Sequence record: PQ287320.1
Length of the DNA: 64,000 nucleotides
Strand: one strand, 5' to 3'
The notes under the pieces were generated by a model. The model made no database searches. It saw nothing but the letters and a program-made list of their open reading frames with translations, and was not told where the DNA came from. Below are positions 8,715-17,077 of the stretch, in pieces; the stretch's first letter is position 1; each line of letters starts with the position of its first letter. Made by a program: the position numbers and the translations under genes.

Positions 8715-9056
8715 ATGACTGACCTTTCCACCGTCCCGACCGCCCTCCTTATCGCCGAACTCTACCGCCGCCCCGTGGCGCTCTGTGTGTTCGAGGGCGT
8801 CGACCTGATGGCCGAAACCGACGCGTTCGAGGACTCGACCAAGGCCGGCCAATGGCTCGCCGGAAAAGCGTCCTACGTCGCCGACGCCATGAGCGGCGCG
8901 GGCTGGGACTCGGTGCGCTATCACCTGACCGCCGACGGGCTGGGCGCCAGCGACGACGACGACGACGAGACGGGCGACGACGTGCCCGACTCGCTGTCCG
9001 GCTTCGATCCGGGCGGCGCGGGCCAAAGACTGGGCTACGTTCCCCCGCGCCGCTAA
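8715..9056 (+). CDS. Early hypothetical protein with acidic tail
   Basis: GGAGG RBS; SDDDDDETGDD tract. Confidence 0.65.
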   Translation: MTDLSTVPTALLIAELYRRPVALCVFEGVDLMAETDAFEDSTKAGQWLAGKASYVADAMSGAGWDSVRYHLTADGLGASDDDDDETGDDVPDSLSGFDPGGAGQRLGYVPPRR

Positions 9057-9237
9057 GTCATCAAATCCCCCGTCTATGACATGTCGCGGGCTGAATACTT
9101 CACCCGCGACAATCTCCCCTAGTAAAGCTCACGACTGGTTTCGTGACATAGCGCAAAGGATTGAAATTGCTCGAAAAACTCCTAGAGGCGCACAAGGTCA
9201 TTTTCTGGCTGATTCTTCTCGCTTGCCTCTGGCGCTT

Positions 9238-9300
9238 TTAACGGTTTGTTAACCCCTGGCCCACTAGGGTCTAATTCCCGGCGCGGCAATCCCGCCGCCC
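9238..9300 (+). promoter_or_regulatory. CtrA-box promoter cassette 10 with AATCCC-loop hairpin
   Basis: TTAA-CGGTTTG-TTAAC 9238-9253; TAGGGT 9265. Confidence 0.8.
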
Positions 9301-9322
9301 GGCCTTCCTTCGGAGCTAGATC

Positions 9323-9768
9323 ATGTTCGCTTCCGTGACCCTCCCCGCCCGCGACGCCCAAGGCCTGAGCCTGGACACCGTCCATGCGGTTTTCCGCCTC
9401 GAACTGGCGCAACACTTCGAACACGTGATTTCCGCCCCGTCGTCGACACCTGGACCGATGAGGCCACCGGCGCCGAGATGAGCGAAGCGGCCGTTTGCTT
9501 CACCGTTTCGGCGACCCCGGCCGCGTGGGAAGCCAAGGGCGGACGCCTCGCGCGCCGCCTGGAAAATCTCGCCGCGCGCTATGCCGCCGACTGCGACGCC
9601 CCGGCCCTGACCGTCACCCACTGCGACGGCTCGACGGTCTATGTCGGCGCCCTGGAAGCGGCCGAACGCGTCGCCCCGGTGCAAGGCCCGACCCGTGCGG
9701 CGGACCCGGCTTTCCTCCCCCGGATGCGCGAGGATAGGGCCGCCCGTTTCGAGCGCCTGACCGCCTAG
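9323..9768 (+). CDS. Early hypothetical protein (frameshifted ~9437)
   Basis: MFASVTLPARDAQ... continues into the 9478 ORF after a -1 shift. Confidence 0.55.
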
Positions 9769-9786
9769 CCCCTGGCCTGACCGCCT

Positions 9787-9819
9787 AAGCGCGCCCCCTC
9801 GCAAGGGGCGCGCTTTTCT
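9787..9819 (+). terminator. Intrinsic terminator
   Basis: AAGCGCGCCCC/GGGGCGCGCTT plus TTCT. Confidence 0.75.
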
Positions 9820-9826
9820 GCATCTG

Positions 9827-9890
9827 TTTACTTGTTGTTAAGGAATAGCCTGCTATTGTCCCCTTGTTGGCGGCGCATCCCGCGCCGCCC
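9827..9890 (+). promoter_or_regulatory. CtrA-box promoter cassette 11 with ATCCC-loop hairpin
   Basis: TTTA-N7-TTAA 9827-9841; TATTGT 9854; GGCGGCGC-ATCCC-GCGCCGCC. Confidence 0.75.
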
Positions 9891-9908
9891 CTTTCTGGAT
9901 CGCTCCCC

Positions 9909-10307
9909 ATGGCTCGCCCTTCCGACCTGCTCAACGTCAACGCCGCCCGCGTCCTGGCTTGCCTCGCCCCGATCGCCGAAGCCGCCAAGGCTTGCAGCGA
10001 AGCCGACCGCCTCGCCCTTTCCTACACCCTGCAAGCCTGCGAACTGGTCGCCTCCTGGCGTCGCAACCATACGGAAACCGACCGCCGCAAGGCCTATGGC
10101 GCCGCCGCCGCTGCTCAAGCCCTGGCCCTGGCCTCGGCCCTGCAACCGGCCACCCTGCAAGGCGGGGCCGTGCGCCGCGCTCTGGGCGCCTATGCCGCCG
10201 CCCTGCAAACCCTGCTGGACGGTAACCCCGTCATGGCCGTGCGCGCGGCCGAAGGGGCTTCGCTGTCGGTTCGGGCGCGCTACGCGAACACGCTCATCCC
10301 GGCTTAA
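9909..10307 (+). CDS. Ala-rich early protein
   Basis: ATG after cassette 11. Confidence 0.65.
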   Translation: MARPSDLLNVNAARVLACLAPIAEAAKACSEADRLALSYTLQACELVASWRRNHTETDRRKAYGAAAAAQALALASALQPATLQGGAVRRALGAYAAALQTLLDGNPVMAVRAAEGASLSVRARYANTLIPA

Positions 10308-10336
10308 CCTCTTGTTAAGACCTCCCGGCCTATAGT
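10304..10336 (+). promoter_or_regulatory. CtrA-box promoter cassette 12
   Basis: TTAA-CCTCTTG-TTAA 10304-10318; TATAGT 10331. Confidence 0.8.
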
Positions 10337-10361
10337 CGGGAGGTCACAAGGAGACACCCCC

Positions 10362-10553
10362 ATGACCCGCCCCGGCCCCGCTTCCCTCCTGACCTCGCAA
10401 GCGACGTTCTCGCCGCGTAACCTCACCCTTCCGGGCGCGCGCCCCATGCCGATCCGCGAGCCGCAAGGCTGGACCATGGGCCAATGCGTGGCCTTGGGCG
10501 TGACCCTCGGCGGCTTCGCCTTCCTCGCCCTGAAGGTCTGCGGTCTGGTCTGA
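10362..10553 (+). CDS. Small protein with C-terminal transmembrane helix
   Basis: AAGGAG RBS; hydrophobic C-terminus. Confidence 0.6.
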   Translation: MTRPGPASLLTSQATFSPRNLTLPGARPMPIREPQGWTMGQCVALGVTLGGFAFLALKVCGLV

Positions 10554-10638
10554 CCGCCCCCGGCGCCCCGGTCGGCTTGACCGGGGCGTGTCCCATATCG
10601 GGACACCCCCCGGTAGGGGGTATCTTTTTTCTTTCGGA

Positions 10639-10912
10639 GGGACCCAAAGGCCCCACCCGTTAACCATTTTTGGCGGCGCCCCCTGGCGCCTACGGATAGG
10701 TTTGAAAATTCAAGTTGACAAAACCAGCATCGCGCGTCGAGGATCACGACGTTAGCCACCGCCTCCGGCTGACGAAGCGGGCGACTGCCCCCCATCTTGT
10801 CGCCCGCCGGCCCACCTCCGCCAGATGAAGAGCCGGGGGTGGGGCCTTTTCTTTTTCCGGCCCAGGGGACCCAAGGCCCCCACCCTTTCCAAACCAAGTC
10901 GCCATGGGTCCC
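10639..10912. repeat. GGGACCC-core direct and inverted repeats in a 450-bp intergenic gap
   Basis: GGGACCCAA(A)GGCCCC(C)ACCC at 10639 and 10866; inverted GGGTCCC at 10906. Confidence 0.7.
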
Positions 10913-11004
10913 CTCGGAAAGAATCGTTTTTCATAAACCCCGGTTGACAGAACTGGAACTGGCTTCTAAGTGTTGCCCGACGACACCCAAGGAGACCCGA
11001 TCCC

Positions 11005-11241
11005 GTGAGCGACGGCTACGCCACCCGAGGCCCCGGCCACACCAAGTTCTTCGCCTCCGATGACGGCAAGCTGGTGATGCGCAGCCTGCACAACGACCCG
11101 GCCTGGACCCAGCCCGTCGCCCACGACGAAGCGCCCCTGCCGGCGTGGAAGGTCGCCTCCCTCCTGCAAGACGCCTATGACCTCGGCCGTCGCGAGCAGC
11201 AGGAGATCGTCCGCCGCGCCATCGGAGCCGCCTCGAAATGA
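11005..11241 (+). CDS. Hypothetical protein
   Basis: AAGGAG RBS; TTGACA promoter-like site upstream. Confidence 0.65.
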   Translation: MSDGYATRGPGHTKFFASDDGKLVMRSLHNDPAWTQPVAHDEAPLPAWKVASLLQDAYDLGRREQQEIVRRAIGAASK

Positions 11242-11905
11242 CCGACCTCACCTATGCCGAGCGCTATGCGCGCGAGACCCTGGCCTTGACGTTGCATGGC
11301 CAGACCCGCAGGAGCAACTCGGTCTACGAGTCCCCGCTCTGGCAGCAACTCTCCCCCGAGCAGCGCGAAGGCTGGCGCCAGGAGGCCGACAAGTTCGTCG
11401 CCGAGCAGGAGGGTGACGCCACGGCTGTCACCAAGGACCAGACGCGCAAGCTGGAGCGCTGGGAAGGCGCCCTGCTGGCCGTGGCCTTCGGGCTCGACCC
11501 GGAAGGCTACCACGACGCCAAGGACCACCGCGCCGGCCGCGACATCGCCTCCTATTTCCAGGACACGCAGCCCTACGACTACAAGCTCACCGACGAGGTG
11601 CTGCTGAACGCCTATTCCCACGCCGACGCCCTGGGCCTGGACATGCCGGCCTTTCCGACCGACGCCTTCTCGCCTCAAGCGGTCGAGAAGGTCAGCCGGC
11701 GCGTCCTGACCGACTGGGAAGCCGCCGTCATGGCCGTGTCCCAGAAGGACCACCCGCGCCTCTACGAGAACTACAAGTTCTCCGTCCCCTACGCCTTCCG
11801 CTTCACCGACGAGACCCTGGGCCTCTTCACCACCAAGATCGAACAGGGCGGCGGGCGCGACGTCCCCACCGCTCGCCGGCCGACACCAAGAGGTACCCCA
11901 TCTGA
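11238..11905 (+). CDS. Hypothetical protein (probable frameshift near the 3' end)
   Basis: A -1 shift places TGA at 11903-11905, overlapping the next ATG. Confidence 0.6.
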
Positions 11906-12201
11906 TGCGCCGCTTCTCCATCCTGACCCTCACGGCCGCCGCGATCGCCCTGGGCTGCGTCGCCACCCTCACCGCCTGCGCCGACCAGACCAAGGTGGAC
12001 GATCAGGTCTACGCCAAGCTGGACAACGGCTGCGTCGTCCACAAGATCGTCCGCCAGGAAAAGGGCAGCATGTTCACCGAGGAGGTCTTCACGACCGTCT
12101 GCCCGAACGGCGCCACCCGCACTGAATGGGAGACGACCAGGATCGTCGGCAAGCTGGTGACCACCGAAAAGCACGCCACCGAAACCCCGGCGACGCGCTG
12201 A
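11905..12201 (+). CDS. Predicted lipoprotein
   Basis: Signal peptide with lipobox LTA-C. Confidence 0.7.
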   Translation: MRRFSILTLTAAAIALGCVATLTACADQTKVDDQVYAKLDNGCVVHKIVRQEKGSMFTEEVFTTVCPNGATRTEWETTRIVGKLVTTEKHATETPATR

Positions 12202-12401
12202 TGGCCGCCCCGCTCGCCGACTACGCCGTGATCGAGACCGTCGCGATCGCGGCCTATGAGAGCAAGGTCCGCAGCGCCGGTCCGCAAAACGCCCAGCAGT
12301 GGTGCTCCTGGAAGGGGCTCCCGCCGGCCGAGCGCGGCGAGTGGCGCAACCACGCCCGCGACCTGATCCAGGAAGCCAAGGCCCAGCACGAGGGAAAATG
12401 A
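12201..12401 (+). CDS. Hypothetical protein
   Basis: TGATG overlap; MAAPLADYAVIET... Confidence 0.6.
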   Translation: MAAPLADYAVIETVAIAAYESKVRSAGPQNAQQWCSWKGLPPAERGEWRNHARDLIQEAKAQHEGK

Positions 12402-13420
12402 TGAACCGCCGCACCTTCTTCCGTTCCGTCGCCGCCCTGGCGCTGACTGCCGCCTCGGGTCTGCCAGCCTCGGCCAAGCCCTATCCGTCGCCGGTGATCT
12501 CGCGCACCCTGATCGAGCAGGCCGAGCAGGTCTTGCGTGAAGGCGCCCCTGAGTCCGTCATTCGCTCGGCGGTGATGGAGCAATTCGCCTTCCCGGACAT
12601 CACCAATGCGCTGGAGTTCGTTGACGTTGGGGCCGACAACTGGGTTCCTGGCGACGGCAAGCGCCTGCGGATCATGGGCGGCGACATCGACGTCGCCCAG
12701 AGCTTGATCAAGACCTACGGCCCGAACGTCATCCAGCACCAGCGCCGGATGAAGCTGAAGTCGCTGTCGCTCTATTTCGCCGACGTCATCGTCAACGGGA
12801 ACAACGAAGAGGACCCCCGCGAGTTCGACGGCATCCGTCGCCGCGCCCAGATCGTGCGGATCAACGCCAAGAAGGACCTCGATTTCGACAGCCTCGACGC
12901 CCTGATCCGCGACATCCCCGGCGCCAACGCCTTGCTGATGAGCAAGCGCATGCGCAACATCATGACGCGGCGCGCGCCGAACGCGGGCCGGCAGGCGATT
13001 TGGCTGCGGGATCGCTTCGGGGGTCGTCGCGCCACCTACAGCCCCAAGGGCAGCAAGGCGGGTCTCTCGATCCTGGTCACCGACTACAGCGACAAGAACG
13101 TCCAGGTCATCGACTTCAACGAGGGCATGGGCGGCGCGAGGGGCGGCGACTACACCTCGATCTACGTCCTGCGCCTGGGGACGGACGGGTTGCACGCGCG
13201 CCAGAACGCCATGCTGGAGGTCAGCGAGACCCAGGACATCAGCTACGTCTACGACCGCGACAACGCGCGCATGGTCCTGGTCAGCCACCAGCGTCCGGTC
13301 TTCCAGACCCTGGACGTGAATCGCCTGCGGGTCGAATGGCTCGTCACCCTGGAGACCGACACCCGCGCCGGCCCGGCGATCGGCCGGCTGACGGGCATCG
13401 CCAAGCCGAGTATCGCCTGA
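12398..13420 (+). CDS. Major capsid protein paralog with N-terminal twin-arginine signal peptide
   Basis: Blocks RLRIMGGDIDV, DPREFDGIRRR, MSKRMRN, ILVTDYSDKNVQVIDFNE and RVEWLV match 32028-32963; N-terminus NRRTFFRSVAALALTAASGLPASA. Confidence 0.85.
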   Translation: MMNRRTFFRSVAALALTAASGLPASAKPYPSPVISRTLIEQAEQVLREGAPESVIRSAVMEQFAFPDITNALEFVDVGADNWVPGDGKRLRIMGGDIDVAQSLIKTYGPNVIQHQRRMKLKSLSLYFADVIVNGNNEEDPREFDGIRRRAQIVRINAKKDLDFDSLDALIRDIPGANALLMSKRMRNIMTRRAPNAGRQAIWLRDRFGGRRATYSPKGSKAGLSILVTDYSDKNVQVIDFNEGMGGARGGDYTSIYVLRLGTDGLHARQNAMLEVSETQDISYVYDRDNARMVLVSHQRPVFQTLDVNRLRVEWLVTLETDTRAGPAIGRLTGIAKPSIA

Positions 13421-13986
13421 TGAACGCCTCCCTCATCTTCAATCGTGCCTTCACGGTCGCCGATCTCGTCTCCGCCATGCGGGTGCTCCCCTCGGTTGGC
13501 GGCATCCTGGCCGACGCCCGTGCCTTCAATCACGCTGCTTCGATCGGCGTCAAGACGGGCACGGCCAGCTTCGAGACCAACGTCATGGGCCTGAAGGTCC
13601 TGATCTTCAATCGCCAGCCGATGTGGATCGAAACGGCCCTGAAGGTCGAGCCGCGCGATGACGTCCCCGAGGTCGAGGAGGTCCTGCGCTTCCTGGTCCT
13701 CGGCCGCGCCGTCCATGATGAGTTCATCGCCCGTCGGGCCGAGGCCTGGGCGTGGCGTGAGCAATACGATGCCCCGCTCGACGACGCCAACGCCTTCCTG
13801 GCGGTCAAGGGTCAGTTCGAGGCCGACTTTCCCGAGCGGCGCTTCGGCGGAACGCATGGTCTGAACGTCAAGGGCGTCGCCGACCTCGTCTCGAACGACA
13901 CCGTCCTGGACGTCAAGTTCCTCATCCCCAAATCCGGTCCGGACGACTTCGCCGGCCTCGCGGCCCAGACCTTCAACGAGCGGTAG
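13420..13986 (+). CDS. Hypothetical protein
   Basis: TGATG overlap; 188 aa. Confidence 0.65.
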   Translation: MNASLIFNRAFTVADLVSAMRVLPSVGGILADARAFNHAASIGVKTGTASFETNVMGLKVLIFNRQPMWIETALKVEPRDDVPEVEEVLRFLVLGRAVHDEFIARRAEAWAWREQYDAPLDDANAFLAVKGQFEADFPERRFGGTHGLNVKGVADLVSNDTVLDVKFLIPKSGPDDFAGLAAQTFNER

Positions 13987-13987
13987 C

Positions 13988-14354
13988 ATGAGCGTCAACT
14001 ACTACGTCGAGCGTTACGGCCGCGTCAGCGGAGCCCGGACCAAGATCACCCACATCGGCCAGTGGGCGAATGGACGCTTCCTGTTCAGCGGGAGCCAGCA
14101 CCGCACCACCCGCGACTGGCGCGACGCCCTTCGCGCCCTCACCGCTGACGAAAAGATCGTCAGCGAGAACGGCGTGGTCATGACCCGCGCGAATTCTGGA
14201 ACATGGTCGGCGAGACCCTGGCCAACGACACCACTCTCGACTACGCCCTGAACGTCGCCGAGGGCTTCGAGCAGTACAGCCTCGCGCGCGGCTTCCTGGA
14301 GGGCCGCTATTGGATGGACGGCCCTTCGCCTTCACCTCTGGAGAGTTCCACTGA
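13988..14354 (+). CDS. Hypothetical protein (two probable frameshifts)
   Basis: MSVNYYVERY... to REFWNMVGET... to GPFAFTSGEFH* after two -1 shifts; stop overlaps next ATG. Confidence 0.5.
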
Positions 14355-14641
14355 TGCCCCTCTACCGCAAGAAGCCCGTCGTGATCGAGGCGATCACCTT
14401 CGAGGACCTCGTCCAGCACGGGATCGAAGCCGGCGCCAACATCGTCAACGGCATGCCCTGGTCGTTCCAGTACAAGGGCCAGCCGATCACCCACGAGAAC
14501 GACGACACCTACCTCATCCCGACCCTGGAAGGCACCATGTTCTTCCGGCGCGGCGACATGCTCATCACGGGCGTGAAGGGTGAAATCTACCCGTGCGAGC
14601 GGGCCATTTTCGAGGCGACCTATGAGCAAGTCGAGTCCTAG
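14354..14641 (+). CDS. Conserved small phage protein (YRKKPVVIEA..TLEG.M...GD..I.GVKGE.YPC family)
   Basis: Recognisable motif. Confidence 0.8.
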   Translation: MPLYRKKPVVIEAITFEDLVQHGIEAGANIVNGMPWSFQYKGQPITHENDDTYLIPTLEGTMFFRRGDMLITGVKGEIYPCERAIFEATYEQVES

Positions 14642-14891
14642 CAAGTCGGAATTGATGGCGGTCGGCGAGCGCAAGCACGAGACCTGCCGCTACGGCCGGC
14701 TGACCGAGGTCTGGACGACCGACTGCGCCACGGGCAAGGAGACCGCCGGCGTCGGCCCGCTCTGCACCTTCGAGCCGGCCGGCGATCTCCCGCCGGCCCT
14801 CAAGCGGGTGTGGGGCGGCTTGATCGACTACGATCGCGACTGCGCCGTCTGCCTCGCCCATCGCGAGGTCCCGCTGGAGCCCCTCCCATGA
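14622..14891 (+). CDS. Small Cys-containing hypothetical protein
   Basis: C..C motifs; operon-packed. Confidence 0.55.
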   Translation: MSKSSPSKSELMAVGERKHETCRYGRLTEVWTTDCATGKETAGVGPLCTFEPAGDLPPALKRVWGGLIDYDRDCAVCLAHREVPLEPLP

Positions 14892-15178
14892 GCACCTGGG
14901 ACAACCGCGTCTTCTGCCCGTGCGGCCACAATGACGACCACTATGGCGGCGATCCGGCCCTGGCCGGCTTCTGGTACAAGAACGACGTCTGCCCCCGCTG
15001 CGCGACGACCGGTGGTCATTGGCGCGTCTTCACCGTCCGCTGGGTCTCCAAGGCCGTCTGGTGGGCACCGTGGACCTGGGGCAAGGGCTATTGGGAGTGC
15101 CAGACCGCGCAGGAGCGCAAGCCCCTGACCGAGGTCTGGCCCGTGCTCGCCGACAAGGAGCCTGTCCATGACGATTGA
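14888..15178 (+). CDS. Small Zn-ribbon-like protein
   Basis: CPCG...CPRC. Confidence 0.6.
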   Translation: MSTWDNRVFCPCGHNDDHYGGDPALAGFWYKNDVCPRCATTGGHWRVFTVRWVSKAVWWAPWTWGKGYWECQTAQERKPLTEVWPVLADKEPVHDD

Positions 15179-15572
15179 ACCGACCGCCCCTCACCTCTCC
15201 GTCTACAACCCCGACGCCGTCGTGGTCAACGTGGTGACCTATGAGCGCCATCCGCTGTTCCGCATCCGCAAGGTGATGAACTATTCCGGCGGCCGGCCCT
15301 ACACCGACCACTACGCCGTCCAGCGCCGGCTCCCGCTCCCGTGGGTCGATCTCTACCTCACGGTGACGATCTGGACGGTGAACAAGGACGAGACCCGGAT
15401 CACGCGTCGCCCGGCCCGGCTGGGGGACCGCAAGACGGCCGAGGAGATCGTCGCCACCAAGCCGGCCTTCTTCCCGCGCCGCCCCAAGTCCTGGCGCCCC
15501 AGGCCCGACCCGTCGCCCAATCCGGACGTCGCCCATTTCAACGCCGAAGGCAAGGTAGTCACCCGTGGCTGA
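15168..15572 (+). CDS. Hypothetical protein
   Basis: AAGGAG RBS. Confidence 0.6.
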   Translation: MTIEPTAPHLSVYNPDAVVVNVVTYERHPLFRIRKVMNYSGGRPYTDHYAVQRRLPLPWVDLYLTVTIWTVNKDETRITRRPARLGDRKTAEEIVATKPAFFPRRPKSWRPRPDPSPNPDVAHFNAEGKVVTRG

Positions 15573-16601
15573 TGAGACCCTCTCCCCGACCGACCGCGCG
15601 ATCCTCGACCTCCTCCAGGAGGAGGCCGCCGAGGTCCTGATCGAGTTCGCCCCGCTGGTCGGCCGGCTGATCAAGGTCGCCTCCAAGGTCAAGCGCTTCG
15701 GGAACGGGATCAACCCGTTCGAGCCAGCCGAGACGGCCAAGCCGAATTTCGAGCTTCTTCAGGACGAGGTCGGCGACTTCGAGACCCTGGTCGACATCCT
15801 GATCGAGCGCGGCGTCCTGACCCGCGAGGGGATCGACGCGCGCAAGGCCTGGAAGCGCGGCATGCTCAAGACCCATGGGTCCCTCCCGCCCGGAACCTTC
15901 GAGGCGCCGGCCTATGTCGCCCAGGTCCAGGTCCACGACGAGGTCATGGCCGATCCGGCGAACCAGAAGAAGCCCTACACCGCCCTCTTCGGCGGACACG
16001 CCCCGTCGGCCGAGCCTCCGCCCGCCGTGGCGCTGGGCCACGGCCTTGATCCGTCCAACCCGATCGTCGCCCTGGCCAATGACGTCTGTATCGGCGGCTA
16101 CGTCGACAAGGCCCCTACCAGGAGATGCGCCTGCGCATCGCCCTCACCGGGAGCAACGCCCCGGCCTCGGATGACTGGGTCGCCGCGCTCAAGAGGCTGA
16201 ACCACCTGCTCGCCCAGCCGGCCTCGGACGAGGACCTCATGAAGGCGTTCGAGTTCAGCTACACCGGAGGTAGCAGCCATGAGGATTTCAATCCGCTCCT
16301 GGCGCGCTCGGCGCGGGACCCGTCGAAGTACAAGAACGAGACGGTCCAGCAGCGGTTCGTGGGTTGGCGCTCGGGCTGGCGCTACCTGATCTGCGAGCTT
16401 CAGGGCCATCACGAGGCGAAGCCGACAGCCACGCCGTCGAGCGAGTTCGCCCCGCCCGGCGCGACGGGCGAGGACCTCTACCGCCGCTACGTCAATGGCG
16501 CCAACATCCACTCCAATCGCTTCCCGTCCTGGGGCGAACTAACGCCGGAGACCCAGCGCTTGTGGACCGAAGCGGCCCTGGCGGGGAAGTCTCAGCCTTG
16601 A
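15565..16601 (+). CDS. MazG-like all-alpha NTP pyrophosphatase domain fused to an unknown C-terminal region (probable frameshift ~16113; may instead be two genes, 15565 and 16125)
   Basis: LQEEAAEV...LQDEVGD acidic motifs; a -1 shift joins KAP-YQEMRLRI. Confidence 0.5.
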
Positions 16602-17077
16602 CCCGTCTTGCCTTCCTCCCGGACGCCCTTCAGGCCAAGCTCACCGCCGCGTCGCGCTGGTCGGCGCTTTCCGAGGAGCAGATCATCATCGACGCCTTGG
16701 AGCACTCCCTGCGCTTCATCGGCTACAACGCCAAGCCCCTGAACCTGGGCGGCGTGCGTCAGATGCGCCGCCGGCGCAAGGACAAGCCCCAGAAGCCGCC
16801 CTATGTGGAGCGGCGCGAGCGGGCCGAGCGCCTGCGCGATGTCCTGGGGATGGACCACGGCCAGATCGCTCACGCCCTGGGGACGACCGAGGCGGTGATC
16901 GACATCCTGTTCGACCACGACAAGGACGCCGTCTACGAGCCCAAGCTGTTTCGCGATCTCATGCTGAGCGAACTCTTCACGCCGGCCGATCTGCGGACCA
17001 TCTTCAAGCTTCCGCGCCCGACCATCGAGCGCTACATTGCCCGCGCCCTGGCCCCGCCGCCGGAGGACGCCTCGTGA
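16598..17077 (+). CDS. Putative HTH DNA-binding protein
   Basis: DHGQIAHALGTTEAVIDIL helix-turn-helix-like segment. Confidence 0.5.
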   Translation: MTRLAFLPDALQAKLTAASRWSALSEEQIIIDALEHSLRFIGYNAKPLNLGGVRQMRRRRKDKPQKPPYVERRERAERLRDVLGMDHGQIAHALGTTEAVIDILFDHDKDAVYEPKLFRDLMLSELFTPADLRTIFKLPRPTIERYIARALAPPPEDAS

